NCBI RefSeq assembly: GCF_001194135.2
Contig: NC_068987.1
Location: 31,910,539 to 31,974,538, forward strand
Reading direction: 5' to 3'
DNA from: Octopus bimaculoides
Lineage: Eukaryota
DNA: 64,000 nucleotides
Translations under genes and position numbers: made by a program
Notes under the pieces: generated by a model
Told to the model about the DNA's origin: nothing
The model's input: the letters and a program-made list of their open reading frames with translations, nothing else
Databases searched by the model: none
Shown: in pieces, positions 41,073-52,433 of the stretch
How the letters are laid out: the number at the start of each line of letters is the position of its first letter
Numbering within the stretch: the stretch's first letter is position 1

Positions 41073-42059
41073 TGCTGTCTATGAATGGATTTTTCCCGAA
41101 TATATTTCTGCAGCAAAAGTCTTCCTACGTTCGTGTGTATACAAACGTATTAAATATGATTGTATATGCACATATTTTATTGAACGCAGGTTTGTGTACT
41201 TCTGGTTAACTCCATACACACACACACACGCACACACATACACACACGTGCATACGGCAAATATAAATGCATATATGCATATTACTTTCTTCTCCATCCA
41301 TTTATACATGTACATACATATAAACGTACATGTATAAGCATATGTGTGTGTGAGTTTGTGTATGTGCGTATGTATGTATTATGTTTGTATGTACACGTAT
41401 GTATATATACATATAACAACATATAAATAATAAGGCCCACGCGTTTGCGGAGGGTACGATACGGGCGTTTATTTTGTTTGAAGTGCGGTTTGACTTAGCA
41501 TGTCTCGTCCATAATTTCCAGACATTTCTATATATGTGTATGTATGCATGTATGTATGTATGAATGTATGTATGTATGTATGTATGAATGAATGTATGTA
41601 TGTATGTATGTATGTATGTATGTATGTATATATGTAGGTATGTATTTCTTTGTGCATGTCTGTGTCTATGTGTGTATTTATATAAGAATGTATAAATATG
41701 CGTTTGGTTACTACTATAGGAAGGCATCGCCACAACTGTACTTTAATAAATCATTTAGTGAACTATCGGTTACGAGATGATTCCGGCAGACTTCAGATCA
41801 ATAATTACTTTTTTTTTATGTAAACACGAGTTTGATGTAAAGGAAGGAAGGAAAGAAAGAAAGATAGATGGAAAGAAAGAAGAAAGAAACTTAGAACAAA
41901 ATATAGATAAAAATGCAATACCAAAGCTTAACAGAAGAAACAAGCTGAAAGTAAATAAAAAAAAAGGTAATGAAATTATCTCTATTTGTATATCTGTGTT
42001 TGTATTGGAATGGCATTGATCAAGAAAGAAAATATTGGAAATAGTTGTTTCATTGTGTG

Positions 42060-42114
42060 ATATTACATATCATCGTCGTTGTAATCACCGTCGTCATCAT
42101 CATCATCACCGTCG

Positions 42115-42154
<40 letters not shown>

Positions 42155-42240
42155 ATCACCACTACCACCACCGTCGCATCATCGTCGTCGCATCATCATC
42201 ATCATTATCATCATTATGAAACAACAACAATATTTGTACT

Positions 42241-42281
<41 letters not shown>

Positions 42282-42412
42282 TAGTAGTAGTAGTAGTAGT
42301 AACAGTGGCAGCAGTAGTAGCAGCGGCTGTAACCACTATTATCTTCATCATAATCTTCATCATTGTCACTGCAATCAGCACCGCCACTATCACCACGATA
42401 GTAACAAGAGCT

Positions 42413-42499
<87 letters not shown>

Positions 42500-42560
42500 G
42501 CCCCTAGCATCAAAGCAATATCAAAACAACAACCACAGCTATCATCATTATTATTATCAT
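42060..42560. repeat. Compound trinucleotide microsatellite (CAT)n/(CAG)n/(TAG)n
   Basis: Seen directly; it explains the poly-H/A/V/I ORFs. Many other (CA)n, (TA)n, (GA)n, (TATG)n, (TAA)n and (TAG)n tracts occur across the window, e.g. 1590-2150, 5690-5775, 33750-33930, 38480-38660, 39010-39090 and 39240-39340. Confidence 0.95.
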
Positions 42561-43039
42561 CACCCTCACCTCTCCTGCCGCAATCTACAACTGAATCAGC
42601 GTCTCTTAGCTTATTCATCACAACTACCTTTGATGGCGCCACCCACGCAGTCTCTGATAGAACTAATTGTTTAAAAGGAGCTTCTACCAAGTCGCTCAAC
42701 TTCTAAGATATAGCAACCAAATATCCCTCAAATCGTATCTTACTGTCTAAGACAGGAAAGAACAAAATAGATTATATGTGTATGTGTATATAGGTACGTA
42801 TTTATGTATGTCTGTATGGGTATAAATATATATATATGATAGATGTATATATACATGATAGAAATATATATACATGATAGAAGAACCCTTATACACGTTA
42901 AAGTTAATTTAAATCTGAAATTATACATTCAAATTATTTATTAATTATTTTAATGTGAATATCTAATATTTAGTAGACTTGCCCTTTACATTTTTCAATG
43001 CAAGGATCTTATTAGGCATGCTACCGATCTAATGACGAA

Positions 43040-43890
43040 TATTCTCTTGAGAAATTTCTTGTCAAGTTTCATGCAGTAATCTCAATAGATCTGGCTGTGA
43101 GTATGCTTTGCTCTTTTTATAAATTATTCTGTTCGTTATGACCCAGAGGTGTCCAATAGAGGTCATATCTGGTGACTGGCTTGGCCATGGAAGCTTTTTA
43201 ATGCCATTCTCTTCCAACCAGCCTTGGGTCTTTTTAGCCGTGTGACAAGGAGCCCCATCTTCCATAAATAAAGAGTCTTCTTTAATAATTTCACCACTGG
43301 AAAAGATTGGAAGGAGTCCTTTCTACAATATGGATCTGAGTTTATGCTCTCTTCAAACTCCACCAGCTCTGATCGACCATCGCTCCAAATTGCTCCCCAG
43401 TCCATCACAGAATAGCTGCCGTATTTAATTGTTGGCTGCAAGCTTTTCACTTCAAATTCTTGATCACAGGGTCTCCAGACCCACTCTCGACTACTGTCAG
43501 AAAATACAGCAAATTTGAACTCATCAGAGAATATGACAGTCCCAATGCCTCTCCACCATCTCACTGGCCCAATCTTTTCTTTGCTTGATATTGACTGGTC
43601 GAAGAAGTGGCTTCCTTCTTGCTGCTCTGCCATAGTAGCCAAGTTTGTGGAGATACCTGACAACGTTTCTGGGATTGACATCAACATATTCTGCTGTCAG
43701 AAGCCTTGAAACAAGGATTATCCTCCACACTTAACTTAACACAGCGAAAGGTCCTGTCAGAGGGCCCGAGTCGACCTGGGCGAGGTAATGTGGACTCCTT
43801 GCCCTCCCTGGTGAATTTCACAATCACTCCTTTAACTGTAGAAAGTGGGATCCCAATGTTTTCTGCGATTTTATTCTGACTATGTAACAT
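43040..43890 (-). mobile_element. Decayed Tc1-family (DD34E) transposase
   Basis: Overlapping ORF fragments: [17 protein letters not shown] (HTH), GRAARRKPLL, VIFSDEFKF, VMDWGAIW, EDGAPCHTAK, WPSQSPDMTSIGHLW. The catalytic E is replaced by G and the frame is broken. TIRs were not clearly found. Confidence 0.9.
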
Positions 43891-44035
43891 GATTAAACAA
43901 CTACATATAGAATCTGAAACATAAATATGTCAATTAATACAAAATATAAAACTTTTCAAGTTAAAATAAGCATAAAACTATGTTTTATGGCGTGTCTACT
44001 TACTTCTGAAATACATTATTTACATTAGTTACATG

Positions 44036-44349
44036 CCCATGGGAATATGGTGTAGTGGTTAAGAGCACGGGCTACTAACCCCAAGATTCAGAGTTCGATT
44101 CCAGGCAGTGACCTGAATAATAATAATAATAGTAATAATAATAATAACAATAATAATAATAATAGTTTCGAAAAATACCTTAGGAATGAGAAGCCAAGTT
44201 CGAAATTTCCCCAAGACACCTGATGAAGGCTGGAGGGTTTATCAGCCGAAATGTTGTGTTAACAACAAACAAGATGAGGACAAGTATCCGTCAATTGTAA
44301 ATAATGTAAATAATGTACATAATTCCTCATTTTTTTAAAATATGGAACT
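44036..44349 (+). mobile_element. Composite SINE: tRNA-like head, (TAA)n spacer, and a Penelope-like 3' part carrying a hammerhead motif
   Basis: A box TGGTGTAGTGG and B box GTTCGATTCC (44041-44115), (TAA)n at 44116-44163, and a hammerhead core at 44215-44260. Confidence 0.7.
44215..44260 (+). ncRNA. Minimal type-I hammerhead ribozyme motif (Penelope type)
   Basis: GACAC-CTGATGA-A-GGCTG(gagggtttat)CAGCC-GAAA-TG-TT-GTGTT: intact core, 5-bp stem II, and stem I GACAC/GTGTT. Confidence 0.7.
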
Positions 44350-44373
44350 GTACTTCTGTCATGTCTGTGTATA

Positions 44374-44493
44374 TATTAATATTTAGCAGAAGCAACAGAG
44401 TGATTCAAGTTCCGAGAGTTTCGTGTGTTTTGCACCAACGGCACGAAACTCTCGGAACTTCAGTCACTCTGTTGCTTCTGCTAAATATTAATA
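44374..44493. repeat. Long near-perfect inverted repeat (52-bp arms, 2 mismatches, 16-nt loop)
   Basis: TATTAATATTTAGCAGAAGCAACAGAGTGA-ttc-AAGTTCCGAGAGTTTCGTG / CACGAAACTCTCGGAACTT-cag-TCACTCTGTTGCTTCTGCTAAATATTAATA. Confidence 0.95.
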
Positions 44494-44566
44494 AAAATAT
44501 ACATGTGCTCATATTCTGAGTTCTATGTTTTTTGTTTCCATCAACATACCTATATATATACATATT

Positions 44567-44628
<62 letters not shown>

Positions 44629-45053
44629 ATATTTATCGTTTAATCAGTTACGTTGCACCACGAGAATCTCCGTGTGGAAACAGCACCTTTTACTCTCAGA
44701 AATAAAGAGACGTTAAGCCCGATTCGAGCAACCACTTCTCATCAAAAGAAAATATAAAATAATCTAATATATTATTAAATCCGTCCGAGGATATAGCAAT
44801 GTGCAGTACAACTAGAAACGGAGATGAAAATAGGATGAATTCTTTGTCTTTTTTTCTTTTCTCTTTTACTTGTTTCAGGCATTTGATTGCAACCATGCTG
44901 GGGCACCGCCTCGAAGATTTTAGTCAAACAAATCGACCTCAAGACTTATTATATTTTTGTAAATCCTAGTACTTATTCTATCGGTCCTTTTGCTGAACCG
45001 CTTCGTTACGAGGACATAGACAAAACAACACCGGTTGTGAAGCGGTGGTGGAA

Positions 45054-45118
<65 letters not shown>

Positions 45119-45740
45119 ACACGCACACATACAGATATATGCATATATATACGACAGGCTTCTTTCAGTTTCCGTCGACCAAACCCACTCACAAGGTTCT
45201 GGTCGGCTCGAGGCTATAGTAAAAGACATTTACCCGAGGTGCCACGCAGTGGGACTGAACCCGGAACCATGTGGTTGGGAAGCAAGCTTTTTACCACACA
45301 AACACCCCGCAAAAAAAGACAACAAAAAAAGAAAAAAGCAGAAGACGTACTGCTCAATTTCCACTAGCCCCGTTTCGTTAATTGAAGCCAAACTGAAGTT
45401 GCCATATAAAACGATATAAAGAGGTCTGTTATAAATATATTTTGCTGCAGTTTCAGATATCTTCATGCGGTTGACAGTCTGGTGAGGAAATTTGTTTTTG
45501 ATAATAAACATTGCTATATTCACAGCGATAAATGGATGGGAACGGTAAAAGGCTCTCCATATATTTTGTATATACGAGTTGCGTTTAGCTCGTTGTAATT
45601 ATTCCAGCTTTCAGAGGTTTTTACAAACCTCACGTACCTCTGGAATTTCTCTTGTGTACCCTTAGGAGTGTGTATACCTCAGTTTGAGAACCGCTGATCC
45701 AGATAATCGCAAGACAGCTAAGGACACAGCTTGTTGTCTT

Positions 45741-45778
<38 letters not shown>

Positions 45779-47674
45779 CATGTGTGTGTGCATGTGTGTG
45801 TGTGTGTGTGTTTGTGTGTGTACGTGCGCGTGCGCGCGCGCGTGCACTTTATTCAATTAACCACTAATTTTACTGGTACTTATTTGATCGACTCCGAAAG
45901 GATGAAAGACAAAGTCAACCTCGGTGGAACTTGAACTCAGAACATAAAGATAGACGAAATGTCGCTAAGCATTTTGCCTGGTGTGCTAACGATTCTGCCA
46001 GCTCACTGCTGTAATCTATGTAATCGACTCACCCCCTCCCCGGAAATTGCTGGCCTTGTGCCAAAAACTGGAACCGTTATTACTACAGTTTTTAAATCCC
46101 TTCGTTAGAAAGTTCTACTTTTTTCCTTTGTCTTTTTCTTAAATGGATTACCTATTTAATAAAGACCAAAGAAAAACTCAGGAGATTAATTATGCTTCCA
46201 CCACATATCATATGACCTAATCTATTATTTGTGTATAAGTATTATTCAGGCGGTGAGATTGTAGAATCGATGTTGTATTTGTTGCAGCTCTTTACGTTAT
46301 GAATTCATATCTCATCGACGTCAACTTCGTTTTTCGTCCTTCTAGAAGCAAAAATTGTTTAAAACTACATAAAGACCGGGATCTTGTATGACTGGTGACA
46401 GGATAATAATGTAATGTTTAACTTAACAATGCTTCGTGTTCTATCCTTGCGAAAATGGAGTATTATATGAAATCCTTACACAATCAGATTATCTGGAACT
46501 TTGGAAACATTATATCCAAGCATGTAATGTTATAATATTATAGACGATATAAGGTGGTGGATTGGCAAAACTGGTAGAGAGTTGGACAAATTGGTGGAAG
46601 AGCTTAAGATAAAATGGATAATTCGTTACCGCAACTTCTTCCATCCTTTCAGGGTTAGTTAACCTAAAACACAAGTAAAGTACTTGAATTGATTGAACCA
46701 AATATATCCTCCTGTTCCAATGTTAAAAATCAAAAATCAATAACATAGAAAACAGAGTTTAAATCACGATTTACACAACATCATCGTTCGTCATTCTGGA
46801 CTTGATGAAATAACGTTCCGGCAATAAACCGTAGTGGATCTTATCAAATGCACTTTCCATCAAAATATTTGTCTGCGTAACAGTTTTAAAAGTCAATATT
46901 ATAGAGGGTATTGCTTCGAGCTGTATCAATCATTAATTAGAAATATGGTCTCCTTCGATAGTCCTATACAAATACATTCCTTTAACTATATCTTACTTTA
47001 AAAGCATAATTTCTGTAAAATTTCTAAACAATTAACGATGATAGTAAATGCTGAAGAATTACATTGTAAAATGCAGAACAGGGACAGACACCGCGATTGT
47101 ACATGTGTAGGCCTTCTTACATTGAGTTATCTCATCAGTAAATGTCCTATTGTTATTTCAGAACTAGCTTTAACGTTTAACATTTAGCTCGAAAGATACC
47201 ATACTTCAGCATTCACAGCGAATAGATTTCTAAACAATACAGAAAGATATTTTCAACTTTCAAAACGTTAACCGAAATTCGAACAACACCGGTAATTTTA
47301 TTTATTATCTTAATATAATAGGAATGTAAAACTAGTTTCTGTTGAAGACGTTAAAATCATCTAAAAAAGCTTCGTTACAGGAGCTTCATCGTCAGTAGGG
47401 TATAATAGGTGTGAGGCAGCTTACTTACTGCAACTAACTCGATCGTCATGAAAGAATATACGACTACTGACAATCCGGAAATATCAGTAAAATACTAAAC
47501 ACAAGACATAATTGCACTTCAATAAGTCTTCTGACATTACCAAGATTAACAATTGATCAAAATTATATGTCTGTATTTATATACAAAAATATATATAACA
47601 CGCACACGCGCTCACACATTAGTGTGTGTGTATATATATATATATATGTGTGTGTGTGTATGTACGAGTATATG

Positions 47675-47725
<51 letters not shown>

Positions 47726-48158
47726 NNNNNNNNNNNNNNNNNNNNNNNNNNNNNNNNNNNNNNNNNNNNNNNNNNNNNNNNNNNNNNNNNNNNNNNNNNN
47801 NNNNNNNNNNNNNNNNNNNNNNNNNNNNNNNNNNNNNNNNNNNNNNNNNNNNNNNNNNNNNNNNNNNNNNNNNNNNNNNNNNNNNNNNNNNNNNNNNNNN
47901 NNNNNNNNNNNNNNNNNNNNNNNNNNNNNNNNNNNNNNNNNNNNNNNNNNNNNNNNNNNNNNNNNNNNNNNNNNNNNNNNNNNNNNNNNNNNNNATATAT
48001 ATACATATGTAGTGTAAACTGTCGATGAAAAGATTACTCAATACCATAATAGAGTTTAAAATATATTTCATATTTTAGTCGAGTCAGTCTCTTGCTATTC
48101 TGAGTTTCACCTGCTGCTGCACAGGATCTTCGCTTCGGAAACACATGCATACATATAC

Positions 48159-48210
<52 letters not shown>

Positions 48211-50003
48211 TCTCTTCTTCCTTCTTTCTGATGAAGGATTGATGTTCAAAACATATAGGCGCTCTTATTTCATTCAATTTTTGAGGATTTATGCAAGGAC
48301 TATATTTCTCAAACTTTGTTCTTCATGTATTGCTCATTTTAATATTTATTGATATTTATTCACCTTACAAATCTACCTATCTATCTATTTATTTATCTAT
48401 CTATCTATCTATCTTTCTATCTATCTATCTATCTATGTATTCCTTTATGGAACCAATAAGGTTCTCAATTATTTTTACAGAGTGCATTGAGGCATTTCTT
48501 CTGAGCTCATCTTCTGATATCCAGCTTCTAACCTTTTGTTTTCCTGGAACACAAGACACCTGTTCAACTGCAGTGTTTGAGTTTTGTTTTGGCATTCTCA
48601 ACAAGTCAGCTTGAATTTCACTTCACTGAAATCCCGCTTCTCGGTGAAAAAACTAACAATTGTATTTTTATTGACTAACAATTAATTCACACCGAAAGTG
48701 TGTAAATTTGTTGTATCCACTCAGTTCAATACTTAGTAGTAAACCGACCAATTTAGCCCCAAAAGAGCTGTCTTACTTAAATTATCAGCTAATGAAATAC
48801 AGTGGGTTGCAAATTGGGAAAAAAAAGAAATAAGACACATTAAAACTTTCACATATTCTGTTTAATGTTTATGCGATTTTTTTTATTCATGAATCAGGAT
48901 TTACCAAGATTTATTATGTAATTTTACATACGATGATAAGTACTTTATCAGTTATAAAATTACTCCCAATAATAAAATTTCGAATAGATGTAGCCCTTAA
49001 AATACACGCAAAATTTAAAATATCCATTTTTACCCGATATGTCAGGTACTATAGCTTCATTTCCTTTTCAGGAGCATATTTTCAAATCTTACAGTGCTTC
49101 AAACGAATTAAAAGAAAATACTGTATATTGTTTTAAAATAAATATTACACTATAAAGTGTAATATTTATGTATTTATTCAAACTTGAGTGGCCAGATCAT
49201 CAGGTTAAATAAATAAATAAATGAATAACACCGTGTCTTGAATATTATCATTCGTTTTCGTTTACAAACTGTGACACTAGAATATGTGTATATGCACATA
49301 CAAACATGCATATATACAAGCATACATGTATGTATGTATGTATGTATGTAGGCATGTATGTATGTACATACATTTTACAAAAATGACGCCACACAAATTA
49401 TTGCAACAAGAAAATTGAATTTGATTTCTATTTTTCTTTCTAAATTCCCGGGGCTATACATATTGGATGGTTGTTAATGAGATAGAAGGTTGTCGAGTGT
49501 TTTGTTCAAGACCTCCTCAATGGGTTTATTGCATTTTAATGAAACTCATTCTATTCAAGATTTTTATTTTACGTAGACTTATTACATCCACTTATCACTT
49601 CACTCAGTGAAGTGAATCGCGGTTAAGTTCCATCCCTATCAATGTCTTCTCTGAAACATGTGTTTTTAAAATTCTACACGCCTAAGTTTGTTTCATTAAA
49701 CGACAGATATTCGTTTAATCAGTGCTAAAAGCCAAAGAATTTCTTTTTGCTTTCATTTTTTTTGCTTGCTTTTATTTTTTATTTTAATTTTTTGGGGGGG
49801 TTTATTATTTAGAATGAACTTTCATATTAATTAACAGCAAGTTATATTTTTATGTTTGTTTTTTCTTTTATTGTCTTTAATCAAATAATGAATAAAAGAA
49901 TAGACTAGAATGTTGAAAATGGTGTATTGAAGTTTTATTAAAACGCTTTGTCTTTATTTGCAAAAATTTTATTACAAATCTTAGTTTGTATTTTTTGGCT
50001 CTT

Positions 50004-50050
<47 letters not shown>

Positions 50051-51339
50051 CTTACTGGTTAAAGTATTGGGCTCACGATCGCAGAGTTATTGATTTGCTA
50101 CCTAGGACAAAACGGCATATTGTATTGATGAGCAAAACATTTTATTTGATACGGCCTCAATACATTAAGCTAAAATGAGTGTTAGTGGCACTTGCAGGCT
50201 AACCCTGAAAAAAGTTGAATTCCTGTTCAAGGTGGAGTCTTCGTCACTCAGCCTAAATGTCTTGAAAATTCAGATATTCTTTGACCTCACAAGTCTATAA
50301 GCACAAAGCAGACATGGCAAGATTCTATTCTCTCGATTTTGCATAGATTTCTAACATAGGCAGGAATTCACACAAATTTCGAAACGGAACAGTCAATTAT
50401 ATCGAGCACAGAATTTCATTGACATTTGATTTTATCGGAACCACAAAGATGAAAAGCAAAGCCTACCCACAAAATGCATTCTGACGTAACTAAGTAACAC
50501 TTCAACGTTACTCTCAATCCACTGTCAATACTTTCGTTTATTTGCTAGCATTCAAAACTTAGTACAAAATACTTTCCAATATGTAGGAGATGTATAAATT
50601 ACAGTCATATAAAAGCGAGAGATAGAGAAAGACTGTTATACAAGATATATATAGGAAAAATAGAAGTTGAAAATGCACTGAAAATAGTTAAAATATTTTT
50701 ATTAAAATATTTGAGCTTTAACCGGTTTCACAGTTTACACTGATTTTCAAAATGTTCAAATAGAAAGACGTCGCTTATGTCACAGCTGTCTTGTTTCTGA
50801 CAAGTGTTTAAAGTTTGCCCTGTTTTTATAGGGAGGTCATGGCTCAAATTAGTCTGTTTTGAATAGGATTTGATTGGTAGAGGATAGTCACATGACTGAT
50901 CTTAGAAATTTTTGTAGGTTCCCACTACGTCCGTGTGTTAGTATCAAGTGACAATGTTTGGCATCGTAAGTTAAGACTGATACAGTTGACTGAACAAGTC
51001 CAAATAATCAATGCTCTGAATGTTTTCTCTTAAGTGCTTGTAGAGAATGAACATATTATTAAGTTTATAACTTTTTGTACGTTTCTCGCTACGTCATTGC
51101 GTTAGTGTCATGCGACAGTATATTTTGCGCCTAAAAAGAGGGTCAATATGGTTGAGTGAACTAGTTTAGTTATAATCAAGACAGACCAAATTTAATCTGT
51201 CTGGTGGAAGAGTGGACAGGAGTCGTTTGTATGGAGGTCCAGATATATGAACAATCTAAATTAATATATGGCCTGAACTTCCACAAATATCTACTAGAAA
51301 ACTGGAAACGTTACTTAGATTACTGCCTAATCCTATGGA

Positions 51340-51990
51340 CGTAGACATTTGAACGACTTATAGATTTCAAAAATCTAATCAATAGCATAAACAATATTAA
51401 CTTTACCATGGAATATAATAAAACTCAACTACCATTCCTGGATATACTAATCATCAAAAGAGATAAAATCATCGAAGCAGATATTCACTACAAACAGACA
51501 GATTATAAACAATACTTACTATTCTCTTCATGCCATCCCAAAGACACGAAGAATATCTCCTTCAATCTAGCAAGAAGAATCTGCACAATTGTCTCAAACC
51601 CTGAAACTCGCAATAAAAGACTCCAGGAACTAAAACAAGTACTACTTAAAAACAATACTACTTAAAAACAATATCCATTAATGCTCATAGACAACGGAAT
51701 AGAACGTGTCAAAACAATAAAAATCGAAGAACTATAAAAAAAACCTCTCCAGATGCATCCAATAATCTGCCCTTTATTGCAACACACAAACCAAGTAACA
51801 TAGAGGTTTACAATATAACTCACCAGAACATCCCACTTCTAAAACAAAACCCAAAAATAAAACAAGCATTTGAAATACACAAAATAATCAGAAAAGACAA
51901 TCAAAGTCCCTTAAAAAATTCCTCACACGTGCTAAATCCCCGTCCACAATTCTTACACCAACAGTCAAAAACTGTGGCCACCCCAAGGGT
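51340..51990 (+). mobile_element. Penelope-like element RT C-terminal fragment
   Basis: NFTMEYNKTQLPFLDILI..IHYKQTDYKQYLLFSSCHPKDTKNISFNLARRICTIVS matches the PLE FT.E...LPFLD..Y.KPT..YL...S.HP motif. A 17-bp tandem duplication (TACTTAAAAACAATAC) breaks the frame. Confidence 0.8.
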
Positions 51991-52206
51991 CAACATTCTC
52001 GCCATTATCATTTACTGTGTTCCTTGTGTTCCGGTTCTTCAGACTTAATAATGATAAAAGAGTTATACTTCACAGATTTATATATACGTTCGTGCTGTTT
52101 ATCTTTCCTGGATCGATAGGTTACTGAAGTGCTATTATAACCCACCCTCCAAATTTGAGGCTTTGAATCTATGTTATAAATCATTACTTTTTCTTTTCTT
52201 TTTCAG

Positions 52207-52287
52207 GAAGTATATATATGCACCAAGATGTCGAGGTGTCGGTGCCAAAAGATCATTCCCAATGACGAACTTTCAAGACAAAGAACG
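52207..52287 (+). CDS. elevenin: Elevenin precursor, second coding exon (81 nt, phase 2-2): rest of the mature peptide and the KR cleavage site
   Basis: Strong pyrimidine tract tttttcttttctttttcAG ends at 52206; donor cg|GTAAGG at 52288. Joined in phase to 27520 it reads (R)KYIYAPRCRGVGAKRSFPMTNFQDKE(R). This gives C-X8-C and the APxCRGVxA-KR signature of elevenins. Confidence 0.9.
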
Positions 52288-52366
52288 GTAAGGAAGATGT
52301 TTTGACATTTAAATCATTTCATAAATCTGTCTTGTTTTCTATTTTACTGTATTACTACTTGCATAG

Positions 52367-52433
52367 CGAGGACTGTGCAGTCTCTAGATACACAGACATT
52401 CTAAATTGCATCAAAAGTAATCCTCCGGAATAA
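52367..52433 (+). CDS. elevenin: Putative terminal coding exon of the elevenin precursor: (R)EDCAVSRYTDILNCIKSNPPE*
   Basis: First AG after the T-rich tract tcttgttttctattttactgtattactacttgcatAG (52366), giving a 79-nt intron. The phase fits and the frame is open to TAA at 52431-52433. Total CDS would be 270 nt (89 aa). I have no homology or transcript support for this exon. Confidence 0.45.

Larger units (their letters stand above)
27521..52206 (+). other. 24,686-nt GT-AG intron of the elevenin gene, splitting the Arg codon after the first Cys
   Basis: Defined by the two coding exons. It is filled with SINEs, LINE and DNA-transposon fragments, microsatellites and gaps. Confidence 0.85.

Noticed and set aside
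42035-42706. 223-aa His/Ala/Val/Ile-rich ORF and its antisense poly-Met ORF
   Set aside because: Translation of compound (CAT)n/(CAG)n/(TAG)n microsatellites; no splice or domain evidence.
42960-44005. Possible TIRs for the Tc1 element (TAGTAGACTTGCC versus GGCGTGTCTACTTA)
   Set aside because: The match is short and imperfect in AT-rich sequence, so the element ends are left undefined.
44041-44115. tRNA-like sequence with A and B boxes (also 25530-25607 on the minus strand)
   Set aside because: Acceptor and anticodon stems are imperfect and the sequence runs into SINE body, so these are SINE heads, not tRNA genes.
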